Below, piece by piece: positions 1 to 8,565 of a DNA stretch of 64,000 nt. Positions within the stretch are counted from its first letter, which is position 1; each line of letters begins with the position of its first letter. The stretch covers positions 19,641 to 83,640 of the forward strand of contig JAJTYM010000007.1 of assembly GCA_021463345.1 (NCBI GenBank). The letters run 5' to 3'. This DNA comes from Pseudobdellovibrionaceae bacterium (GTDB taxonomy: Bacteria; Bdellovibrionota; Bdellovibrionia; Bdellovibrionales; JAMPXM01). The translations under genes and the position numbers were made by a program. Under the pieces are notes generated by a model. The model was not told the origin of the DNA. It worked only from the letters and a program-made list of their open reading frames with translations, and did not search any database.

Positions 1-246
1 TATGGCGATAGCCGCCATTATAAGCCGGTTGAAATTCTTCGAAGGCACTTTGAGCAGACAGCACGCCTATGCCGATATGATTTGGCCGAGATGAATCAAA
101 TAATCGATGAAGTGATTGCTCACACTCCGACAGTCATTGATCGCGTTCAAAACTCTCTACCGGTCGATTTTCCAAAGGCGGTTTCGAACTCCATCTTTTC
201 AGGAATGCGGAAGCGCCTTTCGCGAATCAAGGCTATCAACGGCTAG
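1..246 (+). CDS. hipA: 3' end of a HipA-family Ser/Thr kinase toxin (partial; 5' end lies outside the window)
   Basis: Frame 1 is open from nt 1 to TAG at 244-246. The translation ...RHYKPVEILRRHFEQTARLCRYDLAEMNQIIDEVIAHTPTVIDRVQNSLPVDFPKAVSNSIFSGMRKRLSRI resembles, from memory, the E. coli HipA C-terminus (...PRHFLATAK...SLPTDFPENV...). Hand-counted G+C over 1-240 is 113/240 (47%), far below the rest of the window. Confidence 0.6.
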   Translation, partial: YGDSRHYKPVEILRRHFEQTARLCRYDLAEMNQIIDEVIAHTPTVIDRVQNSLPVDFPKAVSNSIFSGMRKRLSRIKAING

Positions 247-486
247 CTTGTGGGTAGACCTGAGCTGGAAGCCACCTTAACGGAGGTCGAATTGTCGAAT
301 CGAGGAGCGGAGCGCAAGGTCAAGAGGGCCGTGTCGGGCGCGCGGTTTTTTCATGGTTTGGCGGTAGAACTTCCACGATGCGGGCGTGCCGCCGGCGCGA
401 ATTCGCCTTCCGTTGCTTCCGGCCCGGCTTTCGGGGCGGGCACGATTCGCGCAAGGAGTCCGGGGTTCGTCAGTGGGAGTCGGATA

Positions 487-1488
487 ATGAAGTGTATGAT
501 GAAAACGCCTTTGTTCGTCATCGCGTTCACGTGCGTTTTGTCGACCGGCCCGGCCGTCGAAGCCCAGGTGCGCCCCTCCTCCCAGGTCTCGGCGATGCAG
601 ATCATCCGGGGAATCACCGAACTGGAAGCGGTCTTCGGGCGCATCGCGCGGACGGACGGTTTTTTCGAGAAGTCGAAAAGGGACCAGGCCGACGCCCTTC
701 TCGAGGGCGGTTTGCGCCTGGCCGCCTTCAATCTGCAGAGCCTGGGCCGGGTCTACCGAAAGTACCCGATAGCGTCGACCCAGGGTTTCCTCAAGAAGTT
801 GCGGGAGTCCGCGAAGGATCTCGAGGACCATCTCGGCGAGTACGATAAAATGAAATCTCTCGGCAAGGCGCCGGCGATGGGACGAGCGGCGGTGGCGCTG
901 ATGGGGTTGGTCGCCCGCGAAGGCTGGCTCGATCGCGCGGGCCGCTCGCCGCGCGCGACGGTTTTCAAAGCCGCGGCGGCCAGGCAAGCCTGGTTGTCGC
1001 CGGCCGAGGACAGGGACTTCGCGATCGGCGAACTGGTCGACCAGCTGCAGTCGGTCGCCGCCGCCGACTACGACATGCGCCGGCTCGAAGCGGGTTTGCA
1101 TGAGCTGCGCCGTGAATTGAGGTGGTTTTCGATCTCGGCCAGGGCGTTGGGCGGAGTGGTGATCGCGTCGAGCGTGATGGCGTGCCCGCAGCGGCAAAGC
1201 GTTTTCGCCGCGCACGCGGACCCGAAGTACGGCTTGCCGACGAGCGGGCCGTTCGCGGACGCGTGCCGCATCTCGACTTGCCTGTCGGTGGAACTGAACG
1301 GCGCCGTGACCCTTTTAGGGGAGCTCAAGGACGAAGCCGAGCCGATCGTCGAAAACGATCCGGCACTCAAACGCGCCGACCGCACGCCGCCGCAGGTCGC
1401 CGCCCGGGCGCAAAACGCTTATTCCGCGCTCCTGCGCTCGGGGATCCTGGAGAACACCCAGTCGCAACTGCGCGCCTGCCTGCGCTGA
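487..1488 (+). CDS. exported hypothetical protein (helical, no domain recognised)
   Basis: Track ORF 250..1488. The internal ATG at 487 gives a signal-peptide-like N-terminus, MKCMMKTPLFVIAFTCVLSTGPAVEAQ, with GGGAG upstream. Third codon positions are G/C-rich. The 250-486 extension is Arg/Gly-rich and unlikely to be coding. Confidence 0.6.
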   Translation: MKCMMKTPLFVIAFTCVLSTGPAVEAQVRPSSQVSAMQIIRGITELEAVFGRIARTDGFFEKSKRDQADALLEGGLRLAAFNLQSLGRVYRKYPIASTQGFLKKLRESAKDLEDHLGEYDKMKSLGKAPAMGRAAVALMGLVAREGWLDRAGRSPRATVFKAAAARQAWLSPAEDRDFAIGELVDQLQSVAAADYDMRRLEAGLHELRRELRWFSISARALGGVVIASSVMACPQRQSVFAAHADPKYGLPTSGPFADACRISTCLSVELNGAVTLLGELKDEAEPIVENDPALKRADRTPPQVAARAQNAYSALLRSGILENTQSQLRACLR

Positions 1489-1514
1489 CGGCGCATCCGC
1501 CGAAGCCCGCGCGC

Positions 1515-2384
1515 TCAATCGGCTTTCCTCTTCGCCCCGCCGTTGGCGGTCGCCGCCGCCCGGCTGGCGGCGTCCTTGGCGCGGATCTTCTTCCAGGACG
1601 CCAAGCCGCCCCGCTCCTGCACGCAGCGGTTGGCGAAACGGACCGCCCGATCGACGCTGGAGAGCTTCGAGAGCCGCGTGTCGGCGTCGCCGATGACAGG
1701 CGGTGGCGCGGCTTGCCGCCGGGCGCGCTCGGCGGAGAGTCTGCTCATCTCCGCGTAAGCGGAGGCGAGGCGGGTCACGTCCGTTTTCTCTTCCGTTTCG
1801 ATTCTCTCGATGATCGGGAAGAGTTGTTCGCAATGCGGCTCGGAGTACAGGATGTGCATCCGGCCGCGCGAGGACTGCTCGAATTGGAGCGTCTTCAGGC
1901 ATGTCTTCCCTTGGTACCGGTATTCGACCGTGTGGGAGCGCGGCGCCGGGGTCCATCCCTCTTCAGTGAGCCGCAAGGCTTCGGCTTTGACCTCCGGGTT
2001 TTTGGAATCCGCGGCGACCGCGACGACGCGTCCCTCGGAGTCGCGCCGGATCGTCAGGAAGTCCCGGCTCTCGGTCTCGCCGAGGAGCCTGGTGCGGAGA
2101 AACTTCGTTTGCGGGCCGCCGTCGCCTTCGTCTTTCCCCCAGGTGCGGTTCTTCGAGAGGAAATAGCGCTCGGTCACGAGGGGGTCGGGGGTGTCCTTCT
2201 TCTCGTAGAGCTTGGAGCCTTCGAGCAGGAGCCTGCCGTCGGCCCCGAGCCGGATGAACGCGTTGTAACCCGGCAACTCGGCCGTGCACAGATCGGGGTC
2301 GATCTCGGGCGCGGCGCGGGCGGGCGCCGGGGCGAGCGAAAGGAAGAAGGCGAGTATCGCGGACGGGGCGGCGGATGTGCTCAT
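1515..2384 (-). CDS. exported hypothetical protein
   Basis: 289-aa ORF with N-terminal signal peptide MSTSAAPSAILAFFLSLAPAPARAAPE. The composition looks protein-like. It is divergent from ftsQ. Confidence 0.65.
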   Translation of the reverse strand: MSTSAAPSAILAFFLSLAPAPARAAPEIDPDLCTAELPGYNAFIRLGADGRLLLEGSKLYEKKDTPDPLVTERYFLSKNRTWGKDEGDGGPQTKFLRTRLLGETESRDFLTIRRDSEGRVVAVAADSKNPEVKAEALRLTEEGWTPAPRSHTVEYRYQGKTCLKTLQFEQSSRGRMHILYSEPHCEQLFPIIERIETEEKTDVTRLASAYAEMSRLSAERARRQAAPPPVIGDADTRLSKLSSVDRAVRFANRCVQERGGLASWKKIRAKDAASRAAATANGGAKRKAD

Positions 2385-2489
2385 CCCTTCATCTTAAGGC
2401 GTGACCGGGTTCCGATGTAGGAGTTAATCGCCATGAGGCCGGGAACGCCTCGCGGGGGCTGTCCAGAGGTCCAGCTTCGCCGGTCCGGT

Positions 2490-2518
2490 TTGTCGTTCTC
2501 ACGGCCGCTTCCTATACT
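2490..2518 (+). promoter_or_regulatory. candidate sigma70-type promoter for ftsQ (TTGTCG-17 nt-TATACT)
   Basis: TTGTCG at 2490-2495, a 17-nt spacer, then TATACT at 2513-2518. The -10 element ends 6 nt before the GTG start at 2525, which would imply a leaderless or near-leaderless transcript. This is a pattern match only. Confidence 0.25.
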
Positions 2519-2524
2519 CGAGGC

Positions 2525-3289
2525 GTGATATGGATCAAACGCGTCGCTTTGTTCGTTTGCGCCGCCGCTCTCGCTGGCGGAGCCGCGCTCGCGCTGACGG
2601 AGCCGTCGGGCCTGTTCCTGGTGCGCTCGATCCCGGTCGAGATCGTCGCCGGAGCGGACGCGGGGGAAGGGGCGTTCCGCGCCGACGAAGCGACGGTCGG
2701 CGCCCTGCGGGCGCGCCTGCAGGGGCGCGTGAAAGCGTTCGAGAAGAAAAAAATCTGGGAAATCGACATCGAGAAACTCGGTGCGCTCGTCCGGGCCGAC
2801 GAGTGGGTGCGGCAGGCGCGGATCTCGCGCGCTTTCCCCAACCGCCTCGAGGTGGCGATCGCGCCGCGCGCGCCGGTTTTCCTGCTCGCGACTTCGCGGA
2901 ACGAACTGCTGCCGATCACGGCCGACGCTTCGATCGTCGCGCCGGTCGAGGACTCGCTCCTGCCCGACGTCCCGGTGCTTCGGGGCGATCGTTTCCTCGC
3001 CGACGCCGAGATGAGGCGGAAGGCCGTCGCGTTCGCGCGACAGTTCCCGGTCGAAGGCCCCTTGCGCCTCTCGCGGATCGCCGAAATGAGTTGGTCGCAG
3101 AACGACGGCTTCGCGATCTTGCTCCTGCCTTCGCGGACCGAGGTCAAATTCGGCGAAGATCGGATCGGTTTGAAGATCGCGCGCGTGGAACAGATCATCG
3201 ATTACCTGAACGCGCACCAACTGAAGGGACGCGTCATCGACGCTAGTTTCTCTAAGAAAGTTCTTGTCAGGCTGCGTAAGGGTCCGTAG
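2525..3289 (+). CDS. ftsQ: cell division protein FtsQ (POTRA plus FtsQ domain)
   Basis: The N-terminal TM segment is IKRVALFVCAAALAGGAALAL. The POTRA-like segment is WVRQARISRAFPNRLEVAIAPRAPVFLL. It lies immediately upstream of ftsA-ftsZ. Confidence 0.75.
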   Translation: MIWIKRVALFVCAAALAGGAALALTEPSGLFLVRSIPVEIVAGADAGEGAFRADEATVGALRARLQGRVKAFEKKKIWEIDIEKLGALVRADEWVRQARISRAFPNRLEVAIAPRAPVFLLATSRNELLPITADASIVAPVEDSLLPDVPVLRGDRFLADAEMRRKAVAFARQFPVEGPLRLSRIAEMSWSQNDGFAILLLPSRTEVKFGEDRIGLKIARVEQIIDYLNAHQLKGRVIDASFSKKVLVRLRKGP

Positions 3290-3408
3290 GCTTAAGTCAG
3301 GTATACATCGCCAATCGTCTGGAAACACTCCGATTTTGGTCGAGAACTCAAGCCAGAACACGACTTGAGAGGTGATCAAAAAACGAGCGAAAGGCAAGAC
3401 AGGCGCGG

Positions 3409-3433
3409 GAGACCTGACATGACGTCAGGTCTC
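3409..3433 (+). promoter_or_regulatory. perfect 10-bp inverted repeat or hairpin in the ftsQ-ftsA spacer
   Basis: GAGACCTGAC-ATGAC-GTCAGGTCTC. No U-run follows it. It sits in a 195-nt spacer of about 50% G+C, 52 nt upstream of the ftsA ATG. Confidence 0.4.
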
Positions 3434-3484
3434 GGCCACCCGAAGGACAGCTGCTCTCTGGGCCGACGGCAGTAGAGGTTACGG

Positions 3485-4789
3485 ATGACGAAAGCACCTG
3501 GGAAGAAGCCGCATCTCATCGCGGGTCTCGATATCGGGACCACCAAAGTCACGATCGTCATCGGCACGGTCAGCCCGGTCGAAAGAAGCCTTCTGCCGGG
3601 AGCCAGCGCCAACCCTTACGTCGGGCATGAGTTGACAGTCGACGTCGTCGGCCTCGGTTCCGCCCCGAGCGTCGGCATCCGCCAGGGCGCGGTCGTCAAC
3701 GTCGAAGCGACCATCGAAGCGATCCAGAAAGCGCGCGAGGAAGCCGAGTTGATGAGCGGCTACCAAATCAGCGAAGTTTGGGTCGCCGTCGGCGGCTCGC
3801 ACATCAAATCGTTCGATTCGCGCGGCATGATCGCGATCCGCAACAAAGAAGTGCGCGCCGACGACATCCTCCGCGTGATCGAAGCCGCCAAAGCCGTGGC
3901 CGTGCCCGCGGACCGCGAGGTCCTGCACGTTCTGCCGCGCGAGTACAAAGTCGATGAGCAGGACGGGATCTTCGATCCGATCGGCATGTCGGGCGTGCGC
4001 TTGGAGACGAGCGTGCACATCGTGACCGCGGGGCAGACGTTCCTGCAGAACGCCATCAAATGCGCGGAGAAAGCGGGCTTGCGCGTGCGAGGGATGGTCC
4101 TGCAGCAACTGGCTTCGGCGCTGGCGAGCGTTTCCGACGACGAGCGCAAGCTCGGCGTGACCGTCGTCGACATGGGCGGCGGCACGTGCGACATGCTGAC
4201 GTACGTCCAGGGATCCGTCGCGCACACGGCGGTCGTTCCGGTGGGAGGGCAGCACTTCACCCAGGACGTCGCCATGGGCCTGCGCACGCCGCAGGCGAGC
4301 GCGGAAAAGATCAAGAGGAAACACGGCTGCGCGATCGCGGACCTCGTCGACGAGAACGAAACCATCGAGGTCGAGGGCGTCGGCGGCCGCAAACCGCGCG
4401 CGATCCTGCGCAAATCGCTTTGCGAAGTGATCGAGCCGCGAGCGGAGGAGACGCTCCACCTCATCCAGGCCGAGCTCGAGCGCTCGAGCCTCATCAATCA
4501 TCTCGGTTCGGGGATCGTACTGACCGGCGGCGCCTGTCAGCTCGAGGGCTTGATCGAGATGGGCGAGTTCGTGTTCGAAGTCCCGGTCCGCCGGGGCGTC
4601 CCGGACCGCATCGGCGGCCTCACCGACGTGGTGAAGTCGCCCGCCCACGCCACGGCGGTGGGCCTTCTGATTTACGGTTTGAACCAAGACAAGTTGCGCC
4701 TATCGAACCAGGCCGTCGAGGGGGGATTCCAGGACGTGATCACGGACTGGGCCCAGCGGGTGAAGGATTTCTTCGGCGGCGCGCTCTGA
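3485..4789 (+). CDS. ftsA: cell division protein FtsA (actin-like ATPase)
   Basis: The N-terminal phosphate-1 motif is IAGLDIGTTKVTIVIG. The ...VVDMGGGTCDM... and ...GIVLTGGA... motifs are also present. It occupies the ftsQ-ftsA-ftsZ order. Confidence 0.95.
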   Translation: MTKAPGKKPHLIAGLDIGTTKVTIVIGTVSPVERSLLPGASANPYVGHELTVDVVGLGSAPSVGIRQGAVVNVEATIEAIQKAREEAELMSGYQISEVWVAVGGSHIKSFDSRGMIAIRNKEVRADDILRVIEAAKAVAVPADREVLHVLPREYKVDEQDGIFDPIGMSGVRLETSVHIVTAGQTFLQNAIKCAEKAGLRVRGMVLQQLASALASVSDDERKLGVTVVDMGGGTCDMLTYVQGSVAHTAVVPVGGQHFTQDVAMGLRTPQASAEKIKRKHGCAIADLVDENETIEVEGVGGRKPRAILRKSLCEVIEPRAEETLHLIQAELERSSLINHLGSGIVLTGGACQLEGLIEMGEFVFEVPVRRGVPDRIGGLTDVVKSPAHATAVGLLIYGLNQDKLRLSNQAVEGGFQDVITDWAQRVKDFFGGAL

Positions 4790-4840
4790 ACTCGATAGGC
4801 CGCGGCGACTGCCGGGCAGCTTCAATAGGACGGGGGTTTT

Positions 4841-6460
4841 ATGTTTGAACTCGAGGAGAACATCAACATCGGCGCCAACATCAAGGTCGTCGGCATCGGC
4901 GGCGGCGGCAACAACGCCGTGACGACCATGATCGAAGGCGGCCTGAACGGCGTCGAGTTCATCGTCGCCAACACCGATCGCCAGGCGTTGGCGGCCCACA
5001 AGGCGAGCAACAAAGTCCAGCTCGGGCGCGAACTCACCCGCGGCCTCGGCGCCGGGGCCAACCCCGAGATCGGCAAACGCGCGGCGATCGAGTCCTACAA
5101 CGACATCGTCGAGGCGCTCGAAGGCGCCGACATGGTCTTCGTCACCGCCGGGATGGGCGGCGGCACCGGTACCGGAGGCGCGCCGATCGTCGCGAAAATC
5201 GCCCGCGAGCTCGGGGCCCTCACCATCGGCGTCGTCACGCGCCCCTTCGGGTTCGAAGGCAAGAAGCGCATGCGGCACGCCGACGGAGGCATCAGCGAGC
5301 TCAAGGAGAACGTCGACACTCTCATCGTCATCCCGAACCAGAAGCTGTTGACCATCGCGAACGACAAAACGCCCCTGATAGAGACGTTCAAACGCGCGGA
5401 CGACGTGCTTCTCCAGGCCGTCAAGGGGATCTCGGACCTCATCAACATCCGCGGCCTGATCAATCTCGACTTCGCCGACATCCGCACCGTCATGTCCTCC
5501 AAGGGCATGGCGATCATGGGCGCGGGCCGGGCGGGCGGCGAGAACCGCGCGGTCGAAGCGGCCACAGCGGCGATCAGTTCGCCGCTGCTCGAGAACATCT
5601 CGATCGACGGCGCGACCGGCATCATCCTCAACGTCACGGGCGGCCCGAACCTGAGCCTGGCGGAAGTGAACGAGGCCTCGACGTTGATCACCGAGGCCGC
5701 GCACGAGGACGCGGAGATCATCTTCGGCGCCGTCATTGACGAGACGATGGGCGACGAGGTCCGCGTGACGGTGATCGCGACCGGATTCGGCATCGATCAA
5801 GCGCAAGCCACGCGCGACCAGTACGCGCAGATGCAGGCGCTCGCGCACCAAGTGCGCACGTCGCACAGCGTGAGCGCGATGTCGACTCTCCACCAGTCCA
5901 TGGCTCAGCCCATGGCGCCGCCGCCGCCCATGGCGCAACAACCCATGTTGCAGCCCATGATGCCGCCCCCTCCGTCGCCCATGGCTCAGCCCATGATGCC
6001 GCAGCCGATGGCTCCGGTGTTCGAGGATGAAGCCAACCTGATGATGCACCAGCCGTACCCGTCCTCGCCTGCGACGGGCCAGCCGCCTCCCCCGATCGGC
6101 GCTTACGCCAACCCAGGCTTCGGCCAACCGATGGCGCCGCAGGCGGAGGCGCGCCACTCGTTCCCGCTCGACGGCCAGGCGGTGGAGCAGGCGGAAAAAC
6201 CGCTGCCCCGGGACGTGCTTCTGGCCAAGGCGCGGGCGTACCGCGAAAGCCAGGCGAAGCATCCGCGCGGGGCGGCCGCGCAACCCGAGCAGCTCTCCAT
6301 GGACATGGAGAATTCGGAGAGCTCGCTCGAGGCCGCGCGTCGCATGGCGACGGAAATCGTGAAATCCCCGTTCGATCCCCGCAACCTCGAGGTGCCGACG
6401 TACCTGCGCCGCAAGCAGAGGTCCAGCGAGGACAATGAAGGCGACCTCCCGAACCCATGA
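4841..6460 (+). CDS. ftsZ: cell division GTPase FtsZ with a long Pro/Met/Gln-rich C-terminal linker
   Basis: [14 protein letters not shown] is present, as is the tubulin signature [12 protein letters not shown]. The conserved C-terminal peptide is [11 protein letters not shown]. The linker is about 190 aa (...[40 protein letters not shown]...). Confidence 0.97.
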   Translation: MFELEENINIGANIKVVGIGGGGNNAVTTMIEGGLNGVEFIVANTDRQALAAHKASNKVQLGRELTRGLGAGANPEIGKRAAIESYNDIVEALEGADMVFVTAGMGGGTGTGGAPIVAKIARELGALTIGVVTRPFGFEGKKRMRHADGGISELKENVDTLIVIPNQKLLTIANDKTPLIETFKRADDVLLQAVKGISDLINIRGLINLDFADIRTVMSSKGMAIMGAGRAGGENRAVEAATAAISSPLLENISIDGATGIILNVTGGPNLSLAEVNEASTLITEAAHEDAEIIFGAVIDETMGDEVRVTVIATGFGIDQAQATRDQYAQMQALAHQVRTSHSVSAMSTLHQSMAQPMAPPPPMAQQPMLQPMMPPPPSPMAQPMMPQPMAPVFEDEANLMMHQPYPSSPATGQPPPPIGAYANPGFGQPMAPQAEARHSFPLDGQAVEQAEKPLPRDVLLAKARAYRESQAKHPRGAAAQPEQLSMDMENSESSLEAARRMATEIVKSPFDPRNLEVPTYLRRKQRSSEDNEGDLPNP

Positions 6461-7203
6461 GAGCCGTCTTCATCTCGGACCTCCATCTGAAGACGATGGA
6501 TGAGCGCAACAGCCGGACGCTGTTGCGCTTTTTTCATGCGCGGTTCGGTCCGGGGAGCGGCCTCACCCATCTTTTCCTTGTCGGCGACGTTTTCGATCTG
6601 TGGATCGGGTCGCACGCGTATTTCATCGAGCGGTTCCGGCCCCTGGTGGACGCGGTTCGCGGGCTGGTCGAACGCGGCGTGGAGGTGCATTACTTCGAGG
6701 GCAATCACGACCTTCATTTGCGGGGGTTCTGGGAGGGCGGGGTCGGCGCGCGTGTGCACGACGCCGCGGCGGTCTTCCGCCTCGGCGCGACGACGGTCCG
6801 GGTCGAGCACGGCGACCTCATCAATCCAGCCGACAAGGGCTACCTTTTCCTGCGCGCTCTCCTGAGGACGGGAGGAATGAAGTGGCTCGCCGAGAATCTC
6901 CCGGCCGCGGCGGTTCGCGCGGTCGGGGAACGGGCGAGCCGCGCGAGCCGCGAGTACACGTCGACGGCCAAAGAGCTGCCTCGGGACGAGATTCGCCGCT
7001 TGATCCGAGAGCACGCGCGCCGCTCGTTCGCACGCGCGCCGTTCGATCTCATCGTCACGGGCCACGTCCACGTCGTCGACGACCATGTTTTCGAGGTCGG
7101 CGGTCGCCGGGTGCGGTCCGTCAACCTGGGTTCGTGGCTCGACGGCCCCAAGGCGCTCGAATTGACCGCGGAGCGCGGTTTGGAATGGATTCACGTCGAA
7201 TGA
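6457..7203 (+). CDS. lpxH: UDP-2,3-diacylglucosamine diphosphatase LpxH (lipid A synthesis)
   Basis: The calcineurin-like phosphoesterase motifs are [19 protein letters not shown] and TGHVH, and the length is LpxH-like. The ATG at 6457 overlaps the ftsZ TGA (ATGA). Confidence 0.85.
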   Translation: MRAVFISDLHLKTMDERNSRTLLRFFHARFGPGSGLTHLFLVGDVFDLWIGSHAYFIERFRPLVDAVRGLVERGVEVHYFEGNHDLHLRGFWEGGVGARVHDAAAVFRLGATTVRVEHGDLINPADKGYLFLRALLRTGGMKWLAENLPAAAVRAVGERASRASREYTSTAKELPRDEIRRLIREHARRSFARAPFDLIVTGHVHVVDDHVFEVGGRRVRSVNLGSWLDGPKALELTAERGLEWIHVE

Positions 7204-7395
7204 GACGCGGGAGCCCGGCTCCCGTGGACCCGTTTCGCGCCGTTTCGATTCGGCGGAAGCGAACCTGACCCCCAAAATTCCGCAACTCCTTCAAACGTCC
7301 GACAATCCTCCGGCCCCGTGGCCGCTCTAAACTGCCGGCAACGGTTCGCAACCGCCAACCGATCGCCCTGAGCCCACGCCAGAGGAGGAAACGCC

Positions 7396-7929
7396 ATGTC
7401 CCTCGAGAAAATCTGCCAAGCCGACGTCGTCACCGTCACTCAAGACCAATCCATCCACCAGGTCGCGACCCTGATGCGCGAACATTCGATCGGCGACGTG
7501 GTCGTCGTCGACGCCGATCAAAGCCCCGTGGGTCTGTTGACCGACAGGGACATCGTCGTCGGCGCGCTCGCCGGCGACATCGACGGCGCGGCCGCCGGCA
7601 TTGAAGGCGTCCAGAGCCTGACCGTCTCCGACGTCATGAGTTCGAACGTCGTTTGCGCCCGGATCGACGACATGCCGTACGAGGTCGCCATGAAGATGCG
7701 CGACAACGGCGTCGCGCGCATGCCGGTCCTCGATCAAAACGGCAAGCTGTGCGGGATCGTCACGTCCGGCCACATTTTCCGCATGATCAACGAGGAGCTG
7801 ACGGCGCTCGTCGGCATCTCCACGCGCCACAGGGAGACGGAATCCCGGGCCGGCGGGGCGAAAAAAATGGACGCCAATATCGGGGCGAAGACCGATCTCC
7901 CGAACCTGACTCAGCCCATTCTCCAATAA
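7396..7929 (+). CDS. CBS-pair domain protein
   Basis: There are two CBS-like repeats (...VTQDQSIHQVATLMREHSIGDVVVVD...GLLTDRDIV... and ...VMSSNVVCARIDDMPYEVAMKMRDNGVARMPVLD...GIVTSGHIF). A strong RBS, GAGGAGG, lies upstream. Confidence 0.85.
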   Translation: MSLEKICQADVVTVTQDQSIHQVATLMREHSIGDVVVVDADQSPVGLLTDRDIVVGALAGDIDGAAAGIEGVQSLTVSDVMSSNVVCARIDDMPYEVAMKMRDNGVARMPVLDQNGKLCGIVTSGHIFRMINEELTALVGISTRHRETESRAGGAKKMDANIGAKTDLPNLTQPILQ

Positions 7930-7951
7930 AAAATCCGCCAAGGAGGACGAT

Positions 7952-8248
7952 ATGCCCACGAAAAAGAAGAGCAGCGCCAGAAAAACCACGGGCGGCTCGG
8001 CCCGGCGACCCGCATCGTCGCGAGCGGGTGCCGATCCCGCGCATGACGGGCGAAACCATGATCGGCAAGGCCAGGAGGGCGGCGATTCCGATTCCCGGCG
8101 GGACGCTCGCGCTTCCGAGGCCCCGGCCTTCGATCGCGAGCGGGATGCCGAATGGGGCCGCCAGCAGGATCACGCGCCAGGCGAGGAAAGGGCCGATGAA
8201 AGGGGCGCCGGGGGCCCCCGGCCGCACGGCCGTGATCTGCCGACCTGA
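7952..8248 (+). CDS. possible small basic, low-complexity protein (uncertain)
   Basis: AAGGAGG sits 5 nt upstream of the ATG. The translation is highly charged and disordered (MPTKKKSSARKTTGG...). It competes with a minus-strand frame that encodes TM-like segments. See findings. Confidence 0.25.
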   Translation: MPTKKKSSARKTTGGSARRPASSRAGADPAHDGRNHDRQGQEGGDSDSRRDARASEAPAFDRERDAEWGRQQDHAPGEERADERGAGGPRPHGRDLPT

Positions 8249-8281
8249 ACCGCAACCGCGCTCACCGGAGGGGGTGTCACC

Positions 8282-8464
8282 ATGCCGAATCCGATCCGAC
8301 AGAACGAAACGGAACCGGCTCACGACCGGTTCGAGCCGCTCGCGCCGCGCAGATCCATCGAGGAGCGCGGAGCGGATGGTTTCGATGAGGACGAGGACCG
8401 AGAGACCGTCGCGTCCCCGGCCGACGACGACGACGGATGCTTGCTGGAGCCGTCCGGCGATTGA
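8282..8464 (+). CDS. possible small acidic protein (uncertain)
   Basis: GGAGGGGG lies upstream of the ATG. The 60-aa acidic translation contains ...DGFDEDEDRETVASPADDDDG.... G/C at third codon positions is 47/60 by hand count, which is not discriminating against the antisense frame. Confidence 0.25.
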   Translation: MPNPIRQNETEPAHDRFEPLAPRRSIEERGADGFDEDEDRETVASPADDDDGCLLEPSGD

Positions 8465-8565
8465 GAGCCGATGAGAGGGCATGGACGCCCGTTCGTTCCC
8501 GCTGGGCGGGCCGGCCATGGAAGGCCAGGTCCGCCGTTTCCAGGGGCGATCATGCCGCCGATCGC

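Noticed and set aside
5850-6130. Repetitive Pro/Met/Gln-coding DNA in ftsZ, and similar Pro-rich DNA at 42300-43396, considered as possible repeat arrays or CRISPR-like structure.
   Set aside because: These are in-frame low-complexity linker or tail coding sequence, without regular repeat-spacer periodicity.
7204-7230. A hairpin, GGGAGC-CCG-GCTCCC, immediately after the lpxH stop, as a possible intrinsic terminator.
   Set aside because: It has a 6-bp stem with a 3-nt loop and no following U-tract. This is too weak to call a terminator.
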